Of a stretch of DNA of 64,000 nucleotides, positions 37,960 to 49,185 are shown piece after piece (position 1 is the first letter of the stretch; the number at the start of each line of letters is the position of its first letter). The translations under genes and the position numbers were made by a program. This stretch comes from Heteronotia binoei (lineage: Eukaryota), in the NCBI RefSeq assembly GCF_032191835.1, contig NC_083243.1, positions 143,220,001-143,284,000 on the forward strand, read 5' to 3'. The notes under the pieces are model-generated. The model saw only the letters and a list, made by a program, of their open reading frames with translations, made no database searches and had not been told where the DNA came from.

Positions 37960-38490
37960 TTTCGGTTTCCTGGCAACAACGAAGGTGCACGAGAAGGGGC
38001 GGGAAGAAGACGTAAACGGTACGCGACGGGAACTGAGTTGGTCCAGATGTCGTATGTTCGCGGCGTTCGCCCTTTTGTGTGGGAGTGGACGGGCGAAGGA
38101 AAAGAGGGAGGCCTGGAGCCCGTAGGGAGGAAAAGGAGGGGCCTCTGGCTCGGAGCAGGATGTCGGGGCGTTGGGGTGAGGCCGCTGGCGGAGCTTCCTC
38201 CTGTCATGTCCCTTTGGCAGCGGCGCAGCACTCTCAAGCCGCCCCCCCCCCTTCCCCAGAGGCTTGGAGTTCCAGGCGCTGGCGGGAGCCTCTCCTCACG
38301 CTCAGTTTCGACCTCGCTCTTAGGGCCTTCCAGCCCCCCTCTGGTGCTTGCGAGGCGGCACCTCTTTTTCGCCCACCTTCTGTCCAGCTTGCTTGAACTA
38401 AGGGGTGCTGCTGTGTGCGGGGAGGGGGGTGTCGTTCAGGGTAGGTTGGGATGCGTGACACTGTCAGGCTGATGGCGGAGTACAGAAGCC
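37960..38490 (+). promoter_or_regulatory. RNF141: CpG island, RNF141 promoter and non-coding first exon
   Basis: Abrupt GC/CpG-rich stretch about 3 kb upstream of the ATG exon. Candidate donor GG|GTGAGG at 38175/38176. Exact start site not determinable. Confidence 0.75.
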
Positions 38491-39267
38491 GCCAGATGGA
38501 GGACCAGGATCCTCTTTGAATGTAGCACTTGGCTACGTTTTTCTGAAGCAGCCAACAGGCTCACGGACTCCAGATCACTAGTGTTAGAAGTAACGGTTTT
38601 CTGTGCATGTAACGGTTTTCTGTTCACTGTTCCTGTATGTTTATCTATACGAACATAAATCAACCGAGCTGTATGAATGGGGCAGTTATGCCCACTTTGG
38701 GACCTAGATAATTCGATGTTAAAATGTGTTTTTTTTTCCCCAGGCAGTAAGAAAATGACTCCAAAGAGTACATCTAATCTAAGCCCTTGCTCCAAAATGG
38801 GTTTATAGCACGTGCATTCTGTACTGTTTTAAAGTGCTGTGCTCTTGTGTGCAAACCAGGTGGGCTTCTATTATGTTGATGTCTTCTCACTTCTCCATAT
38901 ATGGCTAGAATGTGAGTGCATCTCCCTTATATATTGGAAAGTGGAGTGATTTCAGATGCCAAATGGCATCAGCATAAGAACAATAGAGGATACACAGTAA
39001 GATATGGTGCAAAAGGAGAAATCCCTGTGTAGCACAAAAACTGCTCTTTTACATTCAAGTAAACATATTTTATCGGTGTTCATTAAAGCTACAGAAATCA
39101 TTAAGTAATCACAAAATTCACTTGTAAAGAAAGCCACTATGTAAGTGGTGATAAAGCATTCATACTATAGTCCTTAACCGATGTTTGGACATAAAGTGCA
39201 AAGTTTCCAAATGCAATCTTGCAAGGTAGTCCTCACAGTGCATCAGTCACCGGAGAGAAAAAGCCTC

Positions 39268-39318
39268 AGACGTATCGGAGACCGGTTTCGGCTTTACGCC
39301 TTTATCAATCACTCATCT
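39268..39318 (-). ncRNA. Putative minimal type I hammerhead ribozyme, U3-A8 variant (left arm)
   Basis: Minus strand: agatgagtga-TTGATAA-a-GGC gtaaa GCC-GAAA-CCGG-TC-tccgatacgtct. Core box, stem II, GAAA, palindromic stem III ACCGGT and a GUC triplet are all present. Confidence 0.55.
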
Positions 39319-39542
39319 TTTAGCACTTTACTGCTTGACGGCTTCTCCTAGAATATTTTTAAGTCAACAGGGACACCAGTACAGTTATTTACATTGGAAA
39401 ATTCTTGCCGAAGTTTATCCACTGGGATGCTTCCAGTGGATAAACTTAGGTGAAAATTTTCCAATGTAAATAATTGTACTGGTGTCTCCGTTGACTTAAA
39501 AATATTGTTCTAGGAGGTGCTGTCAAGCAGTAAAGTGCTAAA

Positions 39543-39593
39543 AGATGAGTGATTGATAAAGGCGTGAAGCCGAAACCAGTCTCCGATACGTCT
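39543..39593 (+). ncRNA. Putative minimal hammerhead, U3-A8 variant (right arm, stem III mutated)
   Basis: agatgagtga-TTGATAA-a-GGC gtgaa GCC-GAAA-CCAG-TC-tccgatacgtct. The stem III palindrome is ACCAGT rather than ACCGGT. Confidence 0.45.
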
Positions 39594-40046
39594 GAGGCTT
39601 TTCCTCTCCGGTGACTGACACACTGTGAGAACTACCTTGCAAGATTGCATTTGGAAACTTTGCACTTTATGTCCAAACATTGATTAAGGTCTATAGTATG
39701 AATGCTTTATCACTGCTTAAATAGTGGCTTTCTTTACAAGTGAATTTTGTGATTACTTAATGATTTCTGTACCTTTAATGAACACCGATAAAATGTGATG
39801 TTTATCTGAATGTAAAAGAGCAGTTTTTGTGCTACACAGGGATTTATCTTTTTGTTCCAAATGACATCAGCAGGCAAACAACAGTAGCAGGTGTGATTGG
39901 ATTAGGTGTGATATGCAGAGAGGTAGTAGGCTTGGACACACCTAATCCAATCACACCTGCTATTGTCGTTTGCCTGCTGCTGTCATTTGACACCTGAAAT
40001 CATTCAACTTTCCAGTATGTAGGACAGATGGGCTCACATTCTTGCT

Positions 40047-40086
40047 GTATCTGAAGAAATGAGCAGAGACTCATAAAAGCTCATAC
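40047..40086 (+). ncRNA. Decayed PLE minimal hammerhead
   Basis: gtat-CTGAAGA-a-atgag cagaga ctcat-AAAA-gctc-atac. Stems I and II pair, but catalytic G12 is mutated to A. Confidence 0.5.
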
Positions 40087-41367
40087 TCTTCCATTCGTTT
40101 TGTTAGTCTTTAAGGTGCTACTTTACTCTCTTTTTTCCCTTTTCCTGCTTTGGACAGACTAACAAAGCTTCATCCTACGCATAGCTACAACCTTCTCACC
40201 CAGTGGCCTTCAATAGTAACTCTGCTTAAGATAGCAATCTGTTTCAGCAAAAATAAATAGTATTGTGGTACATCAGAGAGAAGGTACAGATGTAGCTGAT
40301 GTGATTTTACCTAGAAATGAATGCTTACATGTGATCACAGGATCATTTCCCACAGATTAGTAGCATCTTACTAAAAAGGTACATTGTATGAGATTTCTAT
40401 CAGCTGAAATAAGAATTTTGCCTCAGGTAATAAGCTGTACACCCAGTGTTCAGTCACTGTTGAACCTCAGTTGTTCCAGGTAACTTTCAACTGTTGACAT
40501 GCATAGACAGCAATAAAGGTAAGATTTTGTCAGGTTATCAAAATAAATTTAAGAAATTATGCAAAGTGAGTGCCTACAATGAGCACTGCTACTATAAACA
40601 GCCTTCTACTGCAATTGTGAAATCCAGGAAGTGGTGCATTGTTGTATGGTTTATAAACTTAATCCTCAAAGATTCGTGGCTTTATTGACTTGGCAGTTAC
40701 AAAATGCAATTTTGCTGCAGAATCGTATCTGGAGTTCCTGAGATCAAATGCCATCGTCATTAGATAAAATTTAAGTAATGAAAACTCAAGAGTCTAGGTT
40801 TAGTTACAGTATAAATTACAGTGTATTCTGAATCACACATAACATTAAGAGGCATTTTCCATGTCCAAGTAGTGCTCTTCCATTCTAATCATCCACCATC
40901 AGGCCTTGCTGTGTACTGTTATTTTCTAGATGGCTTACCTTGAATGATAATGAAAATTCCCTTTCTGTTAAAGGATTTCAGCCTACAGGAGTTCTAAAAG
41001 ACAAATTGCTGTGAATTATAGTAATTGATGTTGCATGTTGCAGTTTTTATGTACATAATGGGGACAAAGGATTTGTGGGTGTGTTTTTAAAAACCCAGCA
41101 TATTTTCTCAGGTTAACTAAACTTGCCAGGTTGTTAAGGTTGCACTGCCATGGTGTACCTGTAGAATCAACTGTAATTTGAAATAGGGTATCTCACTATT
41201 AGGATGCAGATGTTAGTGTGTGGCTAGTTAGAGATTTTAAAATATGTGGGAGATAAGTGATCTGATGACTGTTTATACTAATGTGGTTTTAAAAATGTAT
41301 TTATTAGAAATTTCCCAACTGAACGAAGTTGCCTTTCTTCCTGAACGCTGAGCTGAAGAATTTTATC

Positions 41368-41510
41368 ATGGGCCAGCAACTTTCAAGCCAGACACACGCA
41401 GTTATTAATAAGCTACCAGAAAAAGTAGTCAAACATGTATCTCTCGTCCGAGAAAGTGGCTTCCTGACGTATGAGGAGTTTTTGGGCAGAGTTGCTGAAC
41501 TTAATGATGT
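41368..41510 (+). CDS. RNF141: RNF141 first coding exon
   Basis: Reads [48 protein letters not shown]; donor GT|GTAAGA; acceptor at 41306-41307. MGxxxS fits an N-myristoylation motif. Confidence 0.97.
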
Positions 41511-41962
41511 GTAAGATTTCTGTTTCTTTGCTACAAAAAGTGATACATTCTTTGATACATTAATGTTTCAGGTTGAGCAAAGTGCTGCTTGAACTTCTGC
41601 TGTTTGTTTAACCTGCGTACCCCTTGTTGAAGAATTAAGCACTCTGTTATAGAACCTCTGCAGGATCTATGCCTTAATATTAAACCCTATGCTTGATACA
41701 AACCCCTGTCAGCTCATTTACTTCACACACTTAAAGTTTATTCAGCCATTAATATTCATCTAGCAAATGTACATATTTATAGAATTTTGAAATATTAATG
41801 CTTGTAAAATTCCATCAGGGTATTTGTGGTAGTGTGGTCCAGTAGTATTTTAGAGACCAAAAGGTTTTTTGAGGTATAAGCTTTCAGGAGTCAAAGCTCC
41901 CTTCATCAGACCTTTGCTTGTCAAAGCTCCCTTTGTCAGTTCTTCTACAGAAGACCAACGTG

Positions 41963-43002
41963 CAGGGTTGCCACTTTCTGGAAAGTCAGGGAAATGGAAA
42001 TTGGTCAGGGAAATTGGTCTGAAGTCAGAAAGCCAGGGAAATTGTGATTAAAATATATTCAAGCAGTGGATTTTTGACCTGCTGCTCCAAGAGCATGCTC
42101 TGTTCTTGTGGCAACTGGAATAGAAAAGTAACAGAATACAAGTAAAGCTTAATGATGCCATTTCCCAGCTCCACCTTTTTCTCAACTCCACCCCCAGCAA
42201 CCAGCCTAATATGTTTGTTGAGGTCTGTCCCTGCATGATTTCCAAGGTCTGCCTGTAGCATTTGCAAAGCAAGGCTAGTTTAAACATTTAGCAGTATATA
42301 AACTTTAAACATCTGTTTTCATCCTTACCTGCTAGTACTGCATTTAACTTATATATAAAGATCAACATGTTTTTGAGTCATGCTTGTGTATGTAATGGAT
42401 GTTTTGTCTCCTGCTAAATCCAGCACAGAGTTGCAAATGAGTTTTGCCGATGTTGGATTTCACAGACAACTAGCACTTTCTGCTCTGCACCATGCAAAGT
42501 AAATTTTGCAAATGTGATTGCTCGTTCCTTCTGGAGTTTACAGAGTACCAGCTTTCTCACCCGCTTTCCTGACTTCTCCCATGCATAAAGATTGCAAATG
42601 AGGGTTGTCTGCTTCTCTAGATTGCAGAAACTCCACCTCCTTTCTTGCTGCTGATCTGCTCATTACTTTCCCAGCCTTGGGAAGTTCCTACTTGTTAGTA
42701 TTCAGAGTTTACTTGAATTGAAGTTTGTAACTTGGTGTAATTTTTGGTGCAATTGCAAAACAGATGTAGCTGCAGTTAATGTTGAAATAAGCTGATATTA
42801 AATCTCTTACTTTGACAAATATGTTTTCAGTTGAGACTTGTGTAGTTGTAGAGTGGAACATTTCATTAAGTCTTGCATTAATGCAACACAATTTATTCAT
42901 TTTTTAATTTGTGCTTATATTTGAATGGTGGTCAAGGAAATTGACAAATGTTGGTCAGGGAAAGTCAGGGAAATGAAAAATAAAATGTTAGTGGCAACCC
43001 TG
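41963..43002. mobile_element. 1040-bp non-autonomous DNA element with CAGGGTTGCCAC TIRs and GTCAGGGAAA subterminal repeats
   Basis: 12-bp TIR; several gtcagggaaa copies near each end; flanks ACGTG/ACATG may be a decayed 5-bp TSD. Confidence 0.7.
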
Positions 43003-44046
43003 ACATGGCTACCCTGTGAAACACCAAGAGTGTTATATTTTTAGATGTTTATTGTTTGTAACATTTTTAGAACCCAGCTAACAGGAATCCTTCTCAATCA
43101 GTTAAATGAAATTAACAAGTCATTAATGCTGCAATATATACACAAAGGAAGGAATAGCACAACTGCCTACTTTGTAATGGGTTAAAACTTCCTGAATGGC
43201 AACTAAACTAGTAAGTGGAAATAGCAGATAATTTATAGCACTGTTCTAGGAATGTTTATTCAGAAGTAACATTGAGCTGGTGTGTTTAGTATAGCACACA
43301 CAGGGTATCTGTTGTGGGGAGGGGAAGAGAAAGGAGATTGTATGCCACTCTGTACTTCAAGTGAAGGGTGGGGTATAAATCCAGTCTCCTCCTCTCTTCT
43401 TCTTTTATTTGCTGGTGCAAGTATGTTTAGTATAGCAGCCTTGGTCAACAAGGACATTTAGAGTGGGGTAGCTTGAGGTATGAATGTAGCATAAAAATAT
43501 AGCAGGAAACCTTTTTATCCTATATTCATTATAATCACTTTTTAAAAATGTTCAGAAATTACCTTATTCAAGATAATGGATATAGTTTTCCAGTGTGTGT
43601 TTTGAGGAAAACCCATAAGAATAAAGCCACTAAAGAATAGTGCAACTGATCAAGACTAGAAGAAATAGACATTGGCAGAAAAGCATCCTTGATTCATGTT
43701 GAAAGCTTAATTATCACATTTTTCTGTTAGTATATTGAGAGTTTAAAATTGTCCCTTATGAGCAAGATTAAGATGAGAGTGACACAAGTCATGATCATTC
43801 TAGGAATCCAAACTCTCCTTGAAATTTATATTAATTTTAGTAACAGTTTGTTGAAATGTGATTAGCAATTGTACACCCTGAAAAACTCAACATAATATGC
43901 CAGAAAGGGTCTGGGTTTCAGTACACAAGTGATAACATAGATATCCAAAGAAAAGGTAAATAAAGATTGTTCCAATTTGTAAGCCAACCTGATACGTGTT
44001 TGGTATGTTTCCTGCATTGTGTTAAATGAATATTAAATTATTTCAG

Positions 44047-44155
44047 AACTGCTAAATTAGCTTCTGGTCAGGACAAGCATCTGTTATTTGAGGTACAGCC
44101 AGGCTCTGACTCTTCTGCGCTCTGGAAGGTGGCCGTTCGAGTTGTGTGTACCAAA
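44047..44155 (+). CDS. RNF141: RNF141 coding exon 2
   Basis: Acceptor tttcAG; reads [36 protein letters not shown]; donor AAA|GTAAGT; 109 bp. Confidence 0.97.
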
Positions 44156-44890
44156 GTAAGTTTATCAAAGCCATTACTTGTATTTTATACTTTTATTTAT
44201 TTATACTTTTACTCCTCTACATTCAGCTGCTGGAGAGACCTTGGGTCAGTCATAACTCTCTCAGAACTGTTCTGCTTAAGAGCTTGGAGAGTTCTCTCAG
44301 TCCCACCTATCTCACAGGGTAACTGTCGTGGGGAGGGAAAGAGAAAGGAGATTGTAAGCCACACTGGACTCTTAAGTGAAGGGTGAGGTATAAATCCAAT
44401 CTCCTCTTTTTATTTATTTATCAATTTAAAACATTTATTAGCCACCTTTTTACTTTATAGGAACTCATGTTGGCTTACAAATAAACTATAAAAATACATT
44501 TAAAACACTACTTAAAATCAATAATTTAAAACTGTTGGTAAAACTTTGATTCTATTACTTGACAAAATTCAACTAAAATTTGGAATTTGTGCCTAATCCA
44601 GCTAAGAAAAAAAACTGTAAAAAACCTCTTAAGATGCATTTTTGTGAAAGAAGCAGTATCAGTCTTGCTGTCTTCATAATTCTTTGCAAATGTTATGAAA
44701 GAACTATAAAGTTATCGAAAGGAAAACTAAATGACTGAATTATAAGGTAATTCTAAAATCATGATGTGCTTTGTGCATCAGTCTTTTAGGATTGTTAGTT
44801 CATGTTGTCTTTGTGTATATTCATATTATTAATATTGGGAACAAATGAAACAATTTAAAAAATTGCTAAGACAATATTTTGTATATTTAG

Positions 44891-45072
44891 ATAAACAAGA
44901 CAAGTGGCATGGTTGAAGCATCAAGAATCATGAATCTGTATCAATTCATTCAGCTTTATAAAGATATCACAAGTCAAGCAACGGGTGTTCTTTCTCAGAA
45001 CACTGACTCAGAAGGAGCTGCAGAGGATCTGTCATCTGTTTCATCTTGTCAGGCCAGCATTTGGATGGGAAG
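44891..45072 (+). CDS. RNF141: RNF141 coding exon 3
   Basis: Acceptor atatttAG; reads [60 protein letters not shown]; donor AG|GTATCT; 182 bp. Confidence 0.97.
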
Positions 45073-46313
45073 GTATCTCAGTACGAGGGGGAAATTTCTG
45101 TTGGAACTTTTCTGTTTGCTTCAACTTTGTATATTTATTGAAATGTTGTGTATAAACAGAGTTTTGGTGTTTCACAATTTTCTTGATTGCAAAACTTATC
45201 AGCCATTTAGAATTATGAAGGGTCACAGTCACTTTTCTTCTAGACATGACCTGTTCTTCCGCTTATTCTCCTGAATAAGACATATGATATACATATATTG
45301 TATTGGAAATCTTCTGTAGTTAATTTGTAAACTAATGAAGGAGAAATGCACTCATAAAGACTAAGGCAGCTGCAGACAGAGTGAAAGCTTGTACATTCAT
45401 ACTTATTATCCAGGTAACTTCTTGGTTTCCATGACTGCAAAATCTGCATCCTCCTAATGGTGCATTGCTGTATCTCTGAGAGGTACACGGGTGGCTTGAG
45501 CAGCAGGAGATCTCTGTGGTACCAAAATCATGATGGAGTAAAATAATTTCTCTGCAATGCAACTTAAGTATGACAACTTTTCCAATGCTTGTTATGGTAA
45601 TGGGTATGGGCTTGACTTTTGCATCTATTGCCTTAGTTTTTAGTTAACACAAACATCTTCATTGAATCAGAGAGATTTCAGCTTCAACTATATGAGTGCC
45701 ATGGTTACTAATCTTTAATTAAACAAGTCAGTTTGAAACTCTGACACTGACTCAGAGTGGCCACTAGCAGGAAAATGGAAAATAAAGACACCAGTTGCTG
45801 GAAACTGACTCTTCTCCCCCCCCACCCCCTCCAAGCTAAGCCAGTATTTTGTTCTGCACTGTGTGATTATGCCTTCCTGAATCTTGAGTTCACTTACAGA
45901 TTGTGGAAAACAGACCTTATAACATTGAAAACATCAAACTCTTTAGTAGTGTATTACCATATGCATTCTATTAACTGTGGACAAATTATTCACATTTAAA
46001 TAATAAACATGTCCTTGAAAATGCTGTATTTGTCTACAGTGTATACAGGAATTCTCATTGTTTAACATTGTAGATTTCCTGTGTTAATTTCTTCATATTG
46101 TACATTTTGATTGAGTAAAACCTTGTCTTAAGCATTTCATTCATTCCATAAATGAACTAGCTTCTACATATCCTGTTTTGCAAATAAGGGGGAAACAAGA
46201 CTGACATTAACATCCAGCATGTATAAACTTTTCTGTTGAAAAATGCTTAAATATTATTTTGTCTGAGTTCTGATTTCCCATGTTTGTGAGTAATAGCGCT
46301 CTCTGTATTGTAG

Positions 46314-46421
46314 GGTGAAACAACTGACTGATGAGGAAGAATGTTGCATCTGTATGGATGGACGTGCTGATCTGATCTTGCCATGTGCTCACAGCTTTTG
46401 CCAGAAATGCATTGATAAATG
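46314..46421 (+). CDS. RNF141: RNF141 coding exon 4 (RING finger, N-terminal part)
   Basis: Acceptor gtattgtAG; reads [36 protein letters not shown]; donor TG|GTAAAA; 108 bp. C3HC4 RING ligands present. Confidence 0.97.
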
Positions 46422-46569
46422 GTAAAATGCCTGAAACAGGCTGTGTGACTGCTTTATGTTTGAAATGATCCTTTGATTTGTTTGGCTCAGTTCCCCATAA
46501 TAAAAGAACTGGTGGAAATAAAAATTGTCCTACCTTCCACTGAAATGAAAAGAGAATGCATCCTAGCCT

Positions 46570-47724
46570 TGTCAATGGGAGAGAGAGTGAGTATAAATCA
46601 GCAGTTTTCACAGTGGTGAGCAGTGGGGTACGGCAGGGCTTGGTACTATGTCTGATGCTTTTTAACTTGTTCATGAATGATTTGGAGCTGGGAGTAAGCA
46701 GTGAAGTGGCTAAGTTTGCAGATGACACTAAATTGTGCAGGGTGGTGAGAACCAAAGGGGATTGTGAGACACTCCAAAGGGATGTCGAGGATGGGTGAGT
46801 GGGTGTCAGTGTGGCAAATGAGGTTCAGTGTGACCAAGTGCAAAGTAATGCACATTGGGACCAAAAATCCTAAATATAAATACATGTTGATGGGGTCCAA
46901 ACTGGTGGAGATTGACCAAGAGAGAGGTTTTGGAGTTGTGATGGATAACTCACTGAAAATGTCAAGACAGTGTGTGACTGCAATAAAAAAGGCCAACACT
47001 CTGCTGGGGATTATTAGGAAGGGGATTGAAAACAAATCAGCCAGTATCATAATGCCCCTGTATAAATCGATGGTGCAGCCTCATTTGGAGTACTGTGTAC
47101 AATTCTGGTCACTGCACCTCAAAAAAGATATAGCATTGAAAAAGTACAGAAAAGGGCAATTAGAATGATTAAAGGGTTGGAACACTTTCCCTATGAAGAA
47201 AGGTTAAAGCACTTGGGGCTCTTTAGCTTGGAGAAACGTTAACTGAGGGGTGACATGATAGAGGCTTACAAGATTATGCATGGGATAGAGAAGGTAGAGA
47301 AGGAAGTACTTTCCTCCCTTTCTCACAATACAAAAACTTGTGGACACTCAGTGAAATTGCTGAGCAGTCAGGTTAGAGCAGATAAAAGGAAGTACTTCTT
47401 CACCCAAAGGGTGATTAACACATGGAATTTACTGCCACAAGACGTGGTGGCAGCTACATGCATAGGTGGCTTCAAGAGGGGATTGGATAGACATATGGAG
47501 CAAAGGTCCATCAGTGGCTGTTAGCCACAGGGTATAGATGGAACTCTGTCTGGGGAAAGTGATGCTCTCTATTCTTGGTGCTTGTGGGGACTTCAGTTGG
47601 AGGGCTTCTAGTATCCTGTCCCCACTAGTGGGGTACCTAGTGTTGTTGTTTTTTGCCACTGTGTGACAGAGTGTTGGACTGGATGGGTCATTGGTCTGAT
47701 CCAGCATGGCTTCTCTTATGTTCT
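46570..47724 (+). mobile_element. CR1 LINE fragment (RT to 3' tail) in the last RNF141 intron
   Basis: Reads SGVRQGLVLCLMLFNLFMNDLE..KFADDTKL, FSVTKCKVMHIG and [10 protein letters not shown] with frameshifts; ends ttctcttatgttctta. Confidence 0.95.
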
Positions 47725-48428
47725 TAATGGGTAGATATTGATTGTGGCGTATATGTGGGCTACCTGGTATATTTTGTAGGGGCAGCAAGCACACTGAATA
47801 CATTCTAGCTGTATCTGAAGAAGTGAACAGTGACTCACAAATGGTCATACCCTGCCATAAATTTTTTTGACCCAACTGCTTGCCAGTTCGGATTATAAAA
47901 ATAAACAATATTGCCAATTGCACTTGAAAACAGAATGGAATCCAGGCAATCTCTGGCTTTTGGGGAGACAAAAAGCACTAATGGAATTTTGTTCTGTTAG
48001 AAATTGGGTGTTGTTGGGATTTGCAAGATGAATGTGATTCATGAGTATGCTGGGGTAGAACAGCATTGTATTGTGTTAAGTTCTCTTTCAAGAATAATGG
48101 TTCAGGCTATAAAAGAGTACTAGTATATTGAGTACTGCTGAAGACTTCATATTGGCGGCACTGTGTTCAGTTGTTAGAACTACAGTATAAGAAAGATGTT
48201 ATCCTGGGAAGGATTCATAGTGCTGCAGTTGTGATTGGAGGTCTAAAAGTAAAGCCATGAGGCTGAAGGAACAAAGATGGGTTCAGGATGAATGCGTTGA
48301 CAGTTGTCTACCTTATTGACTGAAGGTGGAATCAGTTTTAGTTTGTAGGATAGTAGGTTTAAGTTAAATAGTGAAAAGGTTTGCAGTTATAAGAGCAGAA
48401 GAGCATTCTTCTCTGTCAGTACTACTAG

Positions 48429-48810
48429 TAGGGATGGGCACAAACCAGCATATGAACCATAGTTCATAATGATGCTGGGTTGGTTTGTTGGTTCGTGAAC
48501 TGTGATTCAGGCAAGCACATTGTTTGTGAACAAAACTGCCATGTTTGTTGCAGTGGTTTGTTCTGTCTGTAGGTCTCTTTAAATGCCTTCCCTTCACTTG
48601 CTGAGGTGCGCCACAACCGCAGCACTCCTTAGTGAGCGAAGGGAAGGCATTTAAAAATGTGTCGTCCCCCCCCCCCCGGTCATAAACTCTCCCCCAACTC
48701 ATGAAGCAACAATCCATGAACCGGTTGAGGAAACCGAAAAGTTTGTCATGCACCATGGTTACTCATGAACCACCACAAACCTCCATTTTCCGAATTCATG
48801 CCCATCCTTA
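48429..48810. mobile_element. TAGGGATGGGC-terminated non-autonomous element (hAT/Ac-like)
   Basis: TIR tagggatgggcac / catgcccatcctta; repeated gaacc/ggttc motifs. A related right end is at about 1490-1542. Confidence 0.7.
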
Positions 48811-49034
48811 GTACGGAGTTCTTCTCCTTGCTGCCTTTTCAAGAAATTGCTTATAAAGACATGTGAGGCATTATGACTTGCCTTTAGGATAATGCAGATG
48901 TAGTCCATCTATTCCAACTATTCACCCAAGCTTCCATTACTCTTGTAGTATATCTTGAAAGATAAGGTGGTCTTGATAGCTTCAATACAAACAGCAGTGT
49001 TGATCCTGCTCCCTTTTCTGGCTTCCTTATACAG

Positions 49035-49185
49035 GAGCGGTCGTCACAGAAATTGCCCTATATGTCGACTGCAGGTGACAGCAGTAAATGATTCTTGGGT
49101 GGTATCAGATGCACCTACAGAAGAAGATATTGCTACCTACATACTCAACATGGTAGATGAGGCAGGCCAGCCTCATAGGCCATGA
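49035..49185 (+). CDS. RNF141: RNF141 last coding exon (RING end, stop)
   Basis: Acceptor ttatacAG; reads [50 protein letters not shown]. Total CDS 693 bp (230 aa). Confidence 0.97.

Larger units (their letters stand above)
38886..40120. mobile_element. Nested inverted-repeat structure of Penelope-like origin in RNF141 intron 1
   Basis: Outer inverted repeat 38886-38973 with 39975-40063; inner palindrome about 39005-39860 centred on 39429; extra hairpin 39859-39988; PLE-type tail ttagtctttaaggtgctac at about 40103. Confidence 0.75.

Noticed and set aside
37909-38795. Several 75-187 aa ORFs over the CpG island
   Set aside because: Expected from GC-rich, stop-poor promoter sequence; no recognisable domain.
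39370-39425. VIYIGK frame in the palindrome arm as a GIY-YIG endonuclease motif
   Set aside because: Too short and lacks the surrounding GIY-YIG context, so it is not used as evidence.
44909-45274. 121-aa ORF running past RNF141 coding exon 3, and similar extensions at 26996, 31393, 41329 and 48955
   Set aside because: These are true exons read through into introns; splice sites define the real boundaries.
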